Shown: piece after piece, positions 1 through 8,240 of the stretch | Position numbering within the stretch: position 1 is the stretch's first letter | Layout: every line of letters begins with the position of its first letter | Source of the DNA: Candidatus Limnocylindrus sp. | GTDB lineage: Bacteria > Chloroflexota > Limnocylindria > Limnocylindrales > Limnocylindraceae | Assembly: GCA_040397175.1 (NCBI GenBank) | Contig: JBBAWM010000003.1 | Span: 147,599-211,598, forward strand | Length of the DNA stretch: 64,000 bases | Direction of reading: 5' to 3' | Notes under the pieces: model-generated | Told to the model about the DNA's origin: nothing | Seen by the model: the letters and a program-made list of their open reading frames with translations, nothing else | The model's database searches: none | Translations under genes and position numbers: made by a program

Positions 1-194
1 CGAGGTGGCTGAAACGCTCGGCGCTGAGCTCGGCCTGTTTGATCCGCGACATTCGGTACACGTTGTTGATGCAGAGGAGCAGGGCCAGCGCTTGCGTTAC
101 GGCGTCATACCGGTGCCTGGAGAGCGACGGGTGTGGGGCCTAACCGCGCGCCTGCTCTGCGAACTCGCCTCGCGACTCGCGCAGGTCTAACCCC

Positions 195-1379
195 CTACGC
201 GCTACGACGTCGCGGTCCTGGTGGTGCAGGGATCGGCGCGCTGAAATCACTTGGCAACGCGCCTTGCTCTGCAAGACGACGAATGACAAAGCCGTAATAC
301 TCGTCGACCGATGCGCCGACACGATCCCAGGTGAAGAGCTCCGAGCGCTCGATTCCAGCAGCGCTCAATCGGGCCCGCAGCTCTGGATCGCGGATCACGC
401 GCCACAGCGCATCGGCCAGCGCATCGGCATCGGCGGGCGGCACAAGAATGCCATCACGCTCCCGACGAACGACAGCGCGATAGCCGTGGATGTTGGAGCA
501 GATGACCGGGGCGCCGGCTGACATTGCCTCAAGCAGCACGATACCGAACGACTCTCTCCCGGTCGCTGGTGAAACGAAGACATCTGCAGTCTTGAATAGC
601 TGTCGCTTCTCATCGTCGCTTACGCGCCCAAGGAACTCGACGTCGTTGAGCTGTCGCGTCAGCACGTAGCGGCGCGCCTCACGTTTACCGGGTCCACTGC
701 CAACGATGAGGAGGCGCACTCGCTCGCCGCCGACCTGCATCTTTCGGATGGCTCGCAAGAGGTGTATCAAACCCTTGCGTGGTTCCATTCTCCCGACAAA
801 GAGCACGTTTGGAACACCGTCGCGGTATCGGGCGATCGGCACTGCGGTGCGATACCGACTCGGCTCGACGCCGTTTGGCACGATCTTGTATTCACTTGGA
901 AAGGAGCGACTGATGAAGTGTCGCGCTGCGGGGCTCACCGCGATGCGCCCATGAAGTCGGTTCGCGTAGTCGCCCATCACGCGCCGACCAAACTCGTAAC
1001 TCAGTGAGAGTCCGCCGAACGCATGGAAGGTACCGATGTTGACGGACTTTGAAAGTGTGAGCAGGACAAGGCTCAGGAACGGCACGAATGGCTCGTGGAA
1101 ATGAAGCACGTCAAATTTTTCGCGCTCCAGTAGCTCACGCACCTGACGCAAATAGGTTGGGCTGAGGGTGATCGTTCCCATTGAGCCATTGAATGGGACA
1201 CTGAATCCCTTGCCGATGCGAATCACATCCCCCTCAGACGCCTTCTGTAGGCCGTGGCTGCTGGTGATGATGCGTACGTCATGGCCGCGAGCGCGAAGGA
1301 CACGGTAGAGGCTACCAACGTGATCGTTCACGCCGCCCGGCATCGGGTAGACGTACGGAGTGACGAGGCCGATCTTCAC
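195..1379 (-). CDS. GT4 family glycosyltransferase, PimA-like (GDP-mannose-dependent mannosyltransferase candidate)
   Basis: 394-aa ORF with GT4 hallmarks (HFHEPF...; FVGRMEPRKG; EAMSAGAPVI C-terminal nucleotide-sugar binding motif). Last gene of the coupled operon; 4-nt overlap with the upstream PHP gene. Confidence 0.8.
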   Translation of the reverse strand: MKIGLVTPYVYPMPGGVNDHVGSLYRVLRARGHDVRIITSSHGLQKASEGDVIRIGKGFSVPFNGSMGTITLSPTYLRQVRELLEREKFDVLHFHEPFVPFLSLVLLTLSKSVNIGTFHAFGGLSLSYEFGRRVMGDYANRLHGRIAVSPAARHFISRSFPSEYKIVPNGVEPSRYRTAVPIARYRDGVPNVLFVGRMEPRKGLIHLLRAIRKMQVGGERVRLLIVGSGPGKREARRYVLTRQLNDVEFLGRVSDDEKRQLFKTADVFVSPATGRESFGIVLLEAMSAGAPVICSNIHGYRAVVRRERDGILVPPADADALADALWRVIRDPELRARLSAAGIERSELFTWDRVGASVDEYYGFVIRRLAEQGALPSDFSAPIPAPPGPRRRSA

Positions 1380-2203
1380 TTGTGCTTCACCGGTCGTCGG
1401 TGACTATGTGGGTAGCCAAGGTCACGTCCGTGTCGCTCACCACCGAGTGTCCAGATTGGACGGGTGACGCCGCGGACGTCTTGTCCGAGGCCGATGAGAT
1501 TACGCAACATTTGTCGGGCGAAGATAGCCGGGCTCTCCAACATGGTGTGGTCTTCGCCCTCGCCTGGCGCCACCGTGCCGGCGAGGATTGCGCGACGGAG
1601 CGCGGCAGCGGAGCGACCAGGGAAGGTGGTGTAGACACGCCCAATCGCCTCGAGCACATGGGCGTCAGAGGAGCCTACGCCAGGAAGTCCCAGCTCCTTC
1701 GCCAGCCGCTGTACCCGGGCACGCGGAAAGGTGCCGAAGATCGTGGGGTTGACGGTCTCCAGGGCGTCGGGGCGGCAGGCTGGATCGCGATCGTTTGCCA
1801 CGGCCCGCAGTGCCCCCGCCTGGGCGCAGAGGGGGTGCGGGAAGAGCGGGTGGGCCGGGATGGCGATTCCGCCCTGCTCGTGGATCTCGGCGATGGTGCG
1901 GCGAAGGGATCGAAGCGGGCGCACGCGCTCCTCGAGGAAGAGCCCAAGCACATGCCCCTGCAGCGTGGAGATCTCCTCGCCCACGATGACCTGCACGCGC
2001 AGCTTGCTCTTGATCGCCATTGCCTGTGCCGCCTTGGCTGCATCAATGCGGTCGTGGTCGGTAATGGCAATCACATCGAGTCGCGCCTCTTCGGCTCGCG
2101 CGAGAACCTGTGCAACACCGGCGGTGCCGTCCGATGCCATCGTGTGGATGTGGAGGTCGGCTCTCCCTTGCACACCACTAATCCTTCGCTTCGTTGGGCT
2201 CAT
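1376..2203 (-). CDS. PHP-domain metal-dependent phosphoesterase
   Basis: N-terminal DLHIHTMASDG motif typical of the PHP (polymerase/histidinol phosphatase) fold, with conserved His/Asp later (ITDHD, SSDAH). Start placed at ATG 2203 because it forms an ATGA overlap with the upstream gene's stop (2200-2202); the listed ORF extends to 2245. Confidence 0.75.
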   Translation of the reverse strand: MSPTKRRISGVQGRADLHIHTMASDGTAGVAQVLARAEEARLDVIAITDHDRIDAAKAAQAMAIKSKLRVQVIVGEEISTLQGHVLGLFLEERVRPLRSLRRTIAEIHEQGGIAIPAHPLFPHPLCAQAGALRAVANDRDPACRPDALETVNPTIFGTFPRARVQRLAKELGLPGVGSSDAHVLEAIGRVYTTFPGRSAAALRRAILAGTVAPGEGEDHTMLESPAIFARQMLRNLIGLGQDVRGVTRPIWTLGGERHGRDLGYPHSHRRPVKHK

Positions 2204-3096
2204 GGTTGTGGATCGTCCCAGATTGGATAGAAGAGCGTCCACCACTGTTCGGGAGCCTTGCTAATCAGCTCTTCGAATGCTGCGGCAACGCCCGAAAGCG
2301 CCACCCTCGTTCGCTCCATACGATCGCCGCGTTCTGGAATGCTCACCTGTCGAATGTAGCCCGTGTATCGACCCCCTGATTCACGAATCACCGCCGCCAC
2401 GAACAGCCGCGCGTTACTCTCTACGGCTAGCAGCCCTGGGCCGATCGGCAAGCGAGCGGGTGCTCCGAAGAGTGAGACAGGCACTCCACGCCCAACGATG
2501 TTTCGATCTCCGACAACGCCGACGATGCCCCCAGCGGCAAGTTCTGCGGCCATTGCTGCAGCGGCTCCCTGGGCCGGAATGATGCGCAGTCCGAGGCCCT
2601 CGCCACGAACGCGCAACATCCACCGCTGCAGTACCGGGTTGCGTAGCTCTTCCATTGGTGCGACTGGCCGCATGCCACTCCTGTCGGCGAGGATGCTGCC
2701 AGGAAGCTCGATCGCGCCGAAGTGTGCGGCGAGAAAGATCGCGCCACTCTTCCCGCGAACAAAAGCTTCGCGGACCGCCTCTTCGCTCTCAAGGCTCACG
2801 CGAGTTGCAATGATCGTTCGCGCATGTCGCGGCGCTCGTGCGGTTTCAATGTAGAAGCGTAGGTGATGTTCAAAGAGCAGCTGCACGCCGCGATCGAGCG
2901 CTCCCTTCGCCGGTGCTGTGCCGTCACGATACGTATAGACGCGAGCCAGGTTCTTTCGTGCGATTGCTGCGCGCTCGCGCAAGAGCCACGGACCGATATG
3001 CCCCCAGGCACGTGCGATCGACACCAAGATCGTTTCAGGGAGGCGAGAGATGAGCGACAGCATGCCAATGATGAGGTATCCAACGGCACTGCTCAC
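2200..3096 (-). CDS. Lysophospholipid acyltransferase family protein (LpxL/HtrB/PatA-like)
   Basis: 298-aa ORF with the LPLAT/HtrB-like pattern (FLAAHFGAIE...; GVVGDRNIVGRG). ATGA-type overlaps with both neighbours. In mycobacteria the PatA acyltransferase sits between pgsA1 and pimA. Confidence 0.7.
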   Translation of the reverse strand: MSSAVGYLIIGMLSLISRLPETILVSIARAWGHIGPWLLRERAAIARKNLARVYTYRDGTAPAKGALDRGVQLLFEHHLRFYIETARAPRHARTIIATRVSLESEEAVREAFVRGKSGAIFLAAHFGAIELPGSILADRSGMRPVAPMEELRNPVLQRWMLRVRGEGLGLRIIPAQGAAAAMAAELAAGGIVGVVGDRNIVGRGVPVSLFGAPARLPIGPGLLAVESNARLFVAAVIRESGGRYTGYIRQVSIPERGDRMERTRVALSGVAAAFEELISKAPEQWWTLFYPIWDDPQP

Positions 3097-4151
3097 GTTG
3101 CGTTCCCGATTCCGCGGCGTGTTGTCTCATGCGCCATCTGCGCTGCGACATCGGCAAGCTCGCGCTGCTTGGCAGCATTGGGCCAGAGTGGCTTGAAGCA
3201 GTTCCACTGCAGCGGTTCGGTGCGGATGAGCGCCTCCATCGCGGTTGCCGTCTCTTGCGTTGCACGAAGCTGAGAGGCTGGAGACCCGTCGCCAACGGTA
3301 ATTGGCGTGCCGAAGAGGATGCGGAACGATCCCGGAGCGTCGCGGCGAACGAAGAATGGCACGATCGGCGCGTTACCGCGTGCACTCAGCACCGCCGGGC
3401 CGCTCGGCAGGGTTGTCCAGCGACCGAAGAGTTGGCAGGGAATGCCGTCGGGCTTATAACCCCAGTCGCTGAGTAGCACGATGACGCCGCCGCGCTTCAT
3501 GGCGCCGAATACTTCGCGAATCGCCTTCCAGTCGATTACCTTGATCCCCCACGATGCACGGAGGCGACGCAGGAGCTCATACATCTCTGGAAACGCGCTG
3601 TCATCCGCAACAACGTTGACATCGTATTGTTTCTCTCCGAGTGCGGCGGCGCCGAGCTCATTGTTCCCAGCGTGGAACCCAACAAAGATCGCCGCTTGTC
3701 CGCGTGCGCGAAAATCGTCCATCAGTGTTGTTTGGGTGAGGTCTACCTCGGTGGCAATCTCAGCGAGCGACCGGCTCGGCAGCCGCAGTAGCTCTGCGGC
3801 ATAGCGTCCGTAGCTGCGGTAGTTGGCCAGGGCTCGCGCGCGAACGAGCCTTTCACTCCCTGGAAGTGGTCGCCCATCCGCATCGGCTACCCCGAGCACC
3901 ACCGCGGCGTTGCCATCGGCGATGCGCCGCTTGGCCGGCCAGAGGAGATAGGCGAGGGGCGCTACGGCGGAGAAGAGCGTCTCCGTGGGGCGTGGGGGGA
4001 GGAGCCCGATGACTCCCATCAGAAGGCGATAGCCGGCGTAGACGCTGCGCTCCCAGGCGCGGCGGGCGAGATAGCCAGGGGTGCGCTTTGGCACCTGGCG
4101 ACGGAGCGGCGAGGGGGTGGCTGCCCCCTGGGGCGGCTGTGGTTCGCTCAT
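3093..4151 (-). CDS. Second lysophospholipid acyltransferase family protein (LpxL/HtrB/PatA-like paralog)
   Basis: 352-aa ORF with the same LPLAT pattern (FVGFHAGNNELG; VLLSDWGYKPDG). Tandem with the previous acyltransferase, 4-nt overlap. Confidence 0.7.
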   Translation of the reverse strand: MSEPQPPQGAATPSPLRRQVPKRTPGYLARRAWERSVYAGYRLLMGVIGLLPPRPTETLFSAVAPLAYLLWPAKRRIADGNAAVVLGVADADGRPLPGSERLVRARALANYRSYGRYAAELLRLPSRSLAEIATEVDLTQTTLMDDFRARGQAAIFVGFHAGNNELGAAALGEKQYDVNVVADDSAFPEMYELLRRLRASWGIKVIDWKAIREVFGAMKRGGVIVLLSDWGYKPDGIPCQLFGRWTTLPSGPAVLSARGNAPIVPFFVRRDAPGSFRILFGTPITVGDGSPASQLRATQETATAMEALIRTEPLQWNCFKPLWPNAAKQRELADVAAQMAHETTRRGIGNAT

Positions 4152-4252
4152 TTGGGGAGTGTAGGGGAGAGCCGCCGCCCCCTTGCGGGGTGCGACGGCT
4201 CTCTCCAGTGTGAAGGCGGGACCGGCCGAGGCCAGCCTCTTAGCGGAAACGC

Positions 4253-5470
4253 TTAGGCGCGAACGGAGTTCAGCGACTCGGAGGTGGGGTACCCCTCCTT
4301 GGTCACCTGGGTTCCGTCGAGGACGCGATTGTCCTCACCGCGAATGAAGGCCTCGACTGCGGCGTGAGCGACATCGTCGCGCAGCTGCACTGGTGGGCTC
4401 TTCATGAAGTACGACGACGGCGCAACGAGCGTCCCCGCCAACTTGCGATCAAGGCCGAGCTTCGCGCAGCGAATAGCGTCCGTGATGACGCCGGCGCTGT
4501 TTGGCGAATCCCACACCTCGAGCTTCAGCTCCGCCGTAAGTGGCACGCCGCCGAAGGTTGTTCCTTCGAGGCGAATGTTTGCCCACTTTCGGTCAAGGAG
4601 CCACGGCACGAAGTCCGACGGCCCAACGTGCACCTGGTTGTCACCAAGCTGCTCGTCGAGGATCGAGGTGACTGCGTTGGTCTTGCTGATCTTCTTGCTC
4701 TCCAGTCGATCGCGCTCCAACATGTTCTGGAAGTCGGTGTTGCCACCGAAGTTCAGCTGATAGGTGCGGTCGAGCTGCACGCCACGATCGGCGAAGAGTC
4801 GAGCAAGAACGCGGTGCGCAATCGTTGCGCCCACCTGGCTCTTGATGTCGTCTCCGACGATTGGCAGGCCCGCTGCGGCAAACTTCTTCTGCCACTCTGG
4901 CTCACGACCAATGAAGACTGGAATTGCGTTCACAAACGCACATCCGGCCTTGATCGCCTGCTCAGCGTAGTAGCGAATTCCCTCTTCGCTGCCGACCGGA
5001 AGGTAGGCAACGAGCACGTCAACCTTGCGCTCCTTGAGCACGGCGGCAACGTCCACAGGCTTCTCTGGCGACTCGATCACCACGTCCTTGAGGTACTTGC
5101 CGATGCCGTCGAGCGTTGGTCCACGCTGAACGATCACGCCGGTGGTTGGGATCTCCTGGAAGGTCCAGGTGTTGTTTGGCTCTGCGCCAAGCGCAACCGA
5201 GAGATCCTTGCCAACCTTGGTGACGTTGACGTCGAACGCCGCAACGTAATCAAGATCGCGTACGTGATAGCCACCAATGTCGACGTGCATCAGTCCTGGG
5301 ACCTTTGCATCATTCGCCACGTCGGCGTAGAAGTAGCGGCCCTGCACCAAGCTGCTGGCGCAGTTGCCGACGCCCGCGATTGCGACGCGGATCGGATTCG
5401 TTGCCTTGATCGGCGTCTTAGGCGCCGGTCGGGCGTTCCATTGGGCGCGAGGCCCGTTCATCTCTACCAT
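4253..5470 (-). CDS. ino1: myo-inositol-1-phosphate synthase
   Basis: Strong MIPS signature ([16 protein letters not shown] Rossmann/NAD motif, conserved core through the C-terminus). The listed ORF (to 5809) has a 113-aa low-complexity N-terminal extension overlapping the upstream gene. I place the start at ATG 5470 (MVEMNG...), which is preceded by AGAAAGGGG. Confidence 0.85.
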   Translation of the reverse strand: MVEMNGPRAQWNARPAPKTPIKATNPIRVAIAGVGNCASSLVQGRYFYADVANDAKVPGLMHVDIGGYHVRDLDYVAAFDVNVTKVGKDLSVALGAEPNNTWTFQEIPTTGVIVQRGPTLDGIGKYLKDVVIESPEKPVDVAAVLKERKVDVLVAYLPVGSEEGIRYYAEQAIKAGCAFVNAIPVFIGREPEWQKKFAAAGLPIVGDDIKSQVGATIAHRVLARLFADRGVQLDRTYQLNFGGNTDFQNMLERDRLESKKISKTNAVTSILDEQLGDNQVHVGPSDFVPWLLDRKWANIRLEGTTFGGVPLTAELKLEVWDSPNSAGVITDAIRCAKLGLDRKLAGTLVAPSSYFMKSPPVQLRDDVAHAAVEAFIRGEDNRVLDGTQVTKEGYPTSESLNSVRA

Positions 5471-5591
5471 TTTTCCTGTTACCCCTTTCTCTGTCGCCTT
5501 CGCGACCTTTCCGCTTTGCGAGCTCACACCTGTGAGTCCGCCTTCACTAACCGCCCGTTTCACGCCAGGCGGCGAGCATTCATTTGGCGCG

Positions 5592-6278
5592 CTATGCGCG
5601 GCGCCTTGCCGTTGCCAACGCGGCGCGAATAAACAGAATTCGCTGCAACACGGTGACGGCTGAGAGTGCGACGATGATGAGGAGCGCATAGAGCAGGTAA
5701 CTCCGCTCGCCGGTGAGGCCGGCGGAGAGCAGGCCGAGGATGAGGAGCGCCGCGCGCTCGGCGCGTTGCGCGATGCCACCATGTGCCGAGACGCCGAGGC
5801 CCTCGCCACGCGCGCGCACGTAGCTCACGAGCGAGCCGATGCCGAGCGCCAGCGCAGCGGCAGTCCCGATCTGAACGTCACCGAGAACTGCGGCGCTGTA
5901 GACGATTCCGGCGTAGATCGCCGCCTCTGCGGCGCGGTCGAGCGAAGAGTCGAAGAAGGCGCCGAATGAAGTGACGCGATTCGTTGCGCGAGCGAGTGTG
6001 CCATCAAGGCCATCGAAGAGCGTGCCAGCGATGAGGATGCCCGCTGCGATCGTCCAGTTGCCAAGGGCGACCTGCGCCGTTGCGATCAACACGATGCCAA
6101 AACCAACAAGGGTGAGCGCGTCGGGCGAGAAGCCGATCCGCCCGAGCAGCAGCGCGATCGGCTCACCGATGCGCTTGATCTTGCTGCGCTCCGTGGTGGT
6201 GAGGAGGCTCCCCTCCGTCACACGCTTACCGCTGGTGCGCTTACCGCTGGTGCGCTTCGTGATCGTGCGCTTGGCCAC
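5592..6278 (-). CDS. CDP-alcohol phosphatidyltransferase (phosphatidylinositol-phosphate synthase-like, PgsA1-type)
   Basis: DG(x2)AR(x8)G(x3)D(x3)D motif ([10 protein letters not shown]...GAFFDSSLD) and multiple TM helices. Adjacent to ino1. Contains a 15-bp tandem duplication encoding [10 protein letters not shown]. Confidence 0.8.
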   Translation of the reverse strand: MAKRTITKRTSGKRTSGKRVTEGSLLTTTERSKIKRIGEPIALLLGRIGFSPDALTLVGFGIVLIATAQVALGNWTIAAGILIAGTLFDGLDGTLARATNRVTSFGAFFDSSLDRAAEAAIYAGIVYSAAVLGDVQIGTAAALALGIGSLVSYVRARGEGLGVSAHGGIAQRAERAALLILGLLSAGLTGERSYLLYALLIIVALSAVTVLQRILFIRAALATARRRA

Positions 6279-6280
6279 GG

Positions 6281-6709
6281 TTACGCCTCCTCGCCACGCA
6301 CGGCGTCGACGAGGGGCGTGGCGCTCGGAAGCGCTTGGGCTGGGGCGATCCAGGCGGTGGGGTCAGCGATGCCAAGGGCAGAAAGCATCAGGGCGTGCCC
6401 TTCGGCGATGGTGGCGGTGCGGAGCGTGCAGATCGATTCGCGGCCAGAGCGCTCCGTGGTGACGAGGCCGGCGGCGCGAAGGCGGCGCAAGTGCCACGAG
6501 ACCAGCGGCTGCGAGAGTCCGGTGAACTCGATCAGCTCGGAAACAGTGGCTGGGCCAACGGCTAGGCGGCGCACCACCTCGAGGCGGTTGGTATCGCCGA
6601 GGGCGCGATGCACGCGGCGCGCCGCCTCGATGACGTCGCGCTCCCCCGCAAGGCGGGAGACGGCGGCGCCCGTGGCGGCCGGGAGTGCGGAGACGTGCTG
6701 TGCGCTCAT
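6281..6709 (-). CDS. ArsR/SmtB family transcriptional regulator
   Basis: Winged-HTH signature (LGDTNRLEVVRRL...VSELIEFTGLSQPLVSWHLRRLRAAGLV). First gene of the operon; 2 nt upstream of the pgsA-like gene. Confidence 0.8.
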   Translation of the reverse strand: MSAQHVSALPAATGAAVSRLAGERDVIEAARRVHRALGDTNRLEVVRRLAVGPATVSELIEFTGLSQPLVSWHLRRLRAAGLVTTERSGRESICTLRTATIAEGHALMLSALGIADPTAWIAPAQALPSATPLVDAVRGEEA

Positions 6710-6724
6710 AGGAGCGGAAGTTTA

Positions 6725-6745
6725 TATGAATTCCCGCTGATGCGA
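6725..6745 (-). promoter_or_regulatory. Candidate promoter (-10-like TATAAA element) for the arsR-led inositol-lipid operon
   Basis: AT-rich TTCATATAAAC on the minus strand 12-20 nt upstream of the ArsR ATG, in an otherwise GC-rich context; a short or absent leader is implied. Confidence 0.3.
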
Positions 6746-6782
6746 CGCTGAGGGGGCGTGGCGGGGAGCCAAGATTGTTACA

Positions 6783-6796
6783 CCCCTCGCGGGGCG
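6783..6796 (-). terminator. GC-rich hairpin (CCCC-GCGA-GGGG) immediately downstream of the nuoN stop
   Basis: Perfect 4-bp G/C stem with a GNRA-type tetraloop directly after the nuoN stop (6801-6803), followed by a U-containing tract on the minus strand (UGUAACAAUCUUGG). Confidence 0.4.
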
Positions 6797-6800
6797 CGGC

Positions 6801-8240
6801 CTACTTGGCGAGGGCCTGAACGACCGCCTCGATGATCGGGGTTGGAGCGAGTCCGAGGGCCACCGTGCCAACGGCGGCGAGCAGCAGGCCAGCGCGCAGC
6901 ATTGGCCCCTCGGCCACCTGGATTGCGGGCTCCGCTGGGTCGCGCATGAAGAGATAGACGATGACGCGCAGGTAGTAGAAGGCGGCGATCGCCGCGTTGA
7001 GGACTGCGATCACGGCGAGGATCGTGGCCGGCCCGCCCGCCTGTACCGCGGCCAAGATGACGTAGGTCTTGGCGAAGAAGCCAGCCGTCGGCGGAATGCC
7101 GGTGAGGCTCAACAAGAAGATCGTTGCCAGGAGCGCCATGCGCGGATGCTTGCGGCCGAGGCCCGCGAGATCCGAGAGCTGCGTGGTTGCGCCCGGTCGG
7201 CCCTGTAGCGCGGTGAGGAACGCAAAGGCGCCAAGATTCATGAAGGCGTACGCCGCAGTGTAGAAAAGCACACCAGCAATTCCTGCAGCTTGGCCTGCGC
7301 CAGCGGCGACGATGCCCACCATCAGATAGCCGGTGTGTGCGATCGATGAGTAGGCGAGCATGCGCTTCACGTTGCTCTGCGTGAGGGCTACGAGATTGCC
7401 AAGCGTCATCGTTGCCGCAGCCAGCACCACCATCACGGGAATCCAAAGTGCGGCGAGTGGCGCTAGGGCAATCACGAACAGTTTAATGAGGAGTACGAAC
7501 GCACCAACCTTCGGTCCAACCGAGAGGTAGCCGGTGATAGGCGTTGGCGAACCTTGGTAGGCGTCTGGTGTCCAGTAGTGAAACGGCACCGCTGCAATCT
7601 TGAACGCCGAGCCGGTGGTGATCAGCGCGAGCGCGACAGCGAGGCCAGCACTTGCGTTGCCCGATGCCAGCGTCGTTGCAATGCCGCTGAGGGAAGCGGT
7701 CCCCGCAACGCCCCAGAGCACCACGATGCCGAAAAGGAGGATGGCGCTGGAGAAGCTGCCGAGGAGAAAGTATTTCACCGCACCTTCGGTACTGAGTGGA
7801 TCACGCTTTGCGTATCCAGCAAGAACGTAACCCGGGATCACCATCAGTTCCAAGCCCACAAAAAGCGTGACGAGGTCGGTCGCGGCGCCAAGCAGAATGG
7901 CGCCAGCAAGGGCGAAGAGGAGCGTTGCGGCAAGTTCGGCAGTTGGATACTTGCGCACCGCCAGATACGCCGGCGCAATCAACAACGTGATCGCAACGAT
8001 CGAGATTCCGAGGAGACCGAGGAATGCGACGAAGGGCCCCGCAACATAACTGCCGCCTAGCGCACTCGCGCTGCTGCCGCCCTGATTAATGAGCAGTGCG
8101 GCAGTTGCGCCGAGTGCGGCAAGCGCGACGGCAACTGGCGCGTGATTACGATTCGGTGTGATCATGTCGCTCACCAACACCGCCATGGCGCCAACGATCA
8201 CGGTGATCAGTGGCGTAAGGGTGAGGAGGTCGTTGTTCAT
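6801..8240 (-). CDS. nuoN: NADH-quinone oxidoreductase subunit N
   Basis: 479-aa polytopic antiporter-like subunit; position and sequence typical of NuoN. Confidence 0.9.
   Translation of the reverse strand: MNNDLLTLTPLITVIVGAMAVLVSDMITPNRNHAPVAVALAALGATAALLINQGGSSASALGGSYVAGPFVAFLGLLGISIVAITLLIAPAYLAVRKYPTAELAATLLFALAGAILLGAATDLVTLFVGLELMVIPGYVLAGYAKRDPLSTEGAVKYFLLGSFSSAILLFGIVVLWGVAGTASLSGIATTLASGNASAGLAVALALITTGSAFKIAAVPFHYWTPDAYQGSPTPITGYLSVGPKVGAFVLLIKLFVIALAPLAALWIPVMVVLAAATMTLGNLVALTQSNVKRMLAYSSIAHTGYLMVGIVAAGAGQAAGIAGVLFYTAAYAFMNLGAFAFLTALQGRPGATTQLSDLAGLGRKHPRMALLATIFLLSLTGIPPTAGFFAKTYVILAAVQAGGPATILAVIAVLNAAIAAFYYLRVIVYLFMRDPAEPAIQVAEGPMLRAGLLLAAVGTVALGLAPTPIIEAVVQALAK

Noticed and set aside
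5-190. 61-aa plus-strand ORF at window start
   Set aside because: No start context or domain; may be part of a gene truncated by the window edge, and cannot be supported.
4364-5632. 422-aa plus-strand ORF
   Set aside because: Entirely antisense to the well-supported ino1 gene; no recognisable domain. Long spurious antisense ORFs are expected at ~67% GC.
5471-5809. N-terminal 113-aa extension of the ino1 ORF (to 5809)
   Set aside because: Low-complexity Ser/Ala/Arg-rich translation overlapping the upstream pgsA-like gene in another frame. MIPS homology begins at the internal Met, so the shorter start is adopted.
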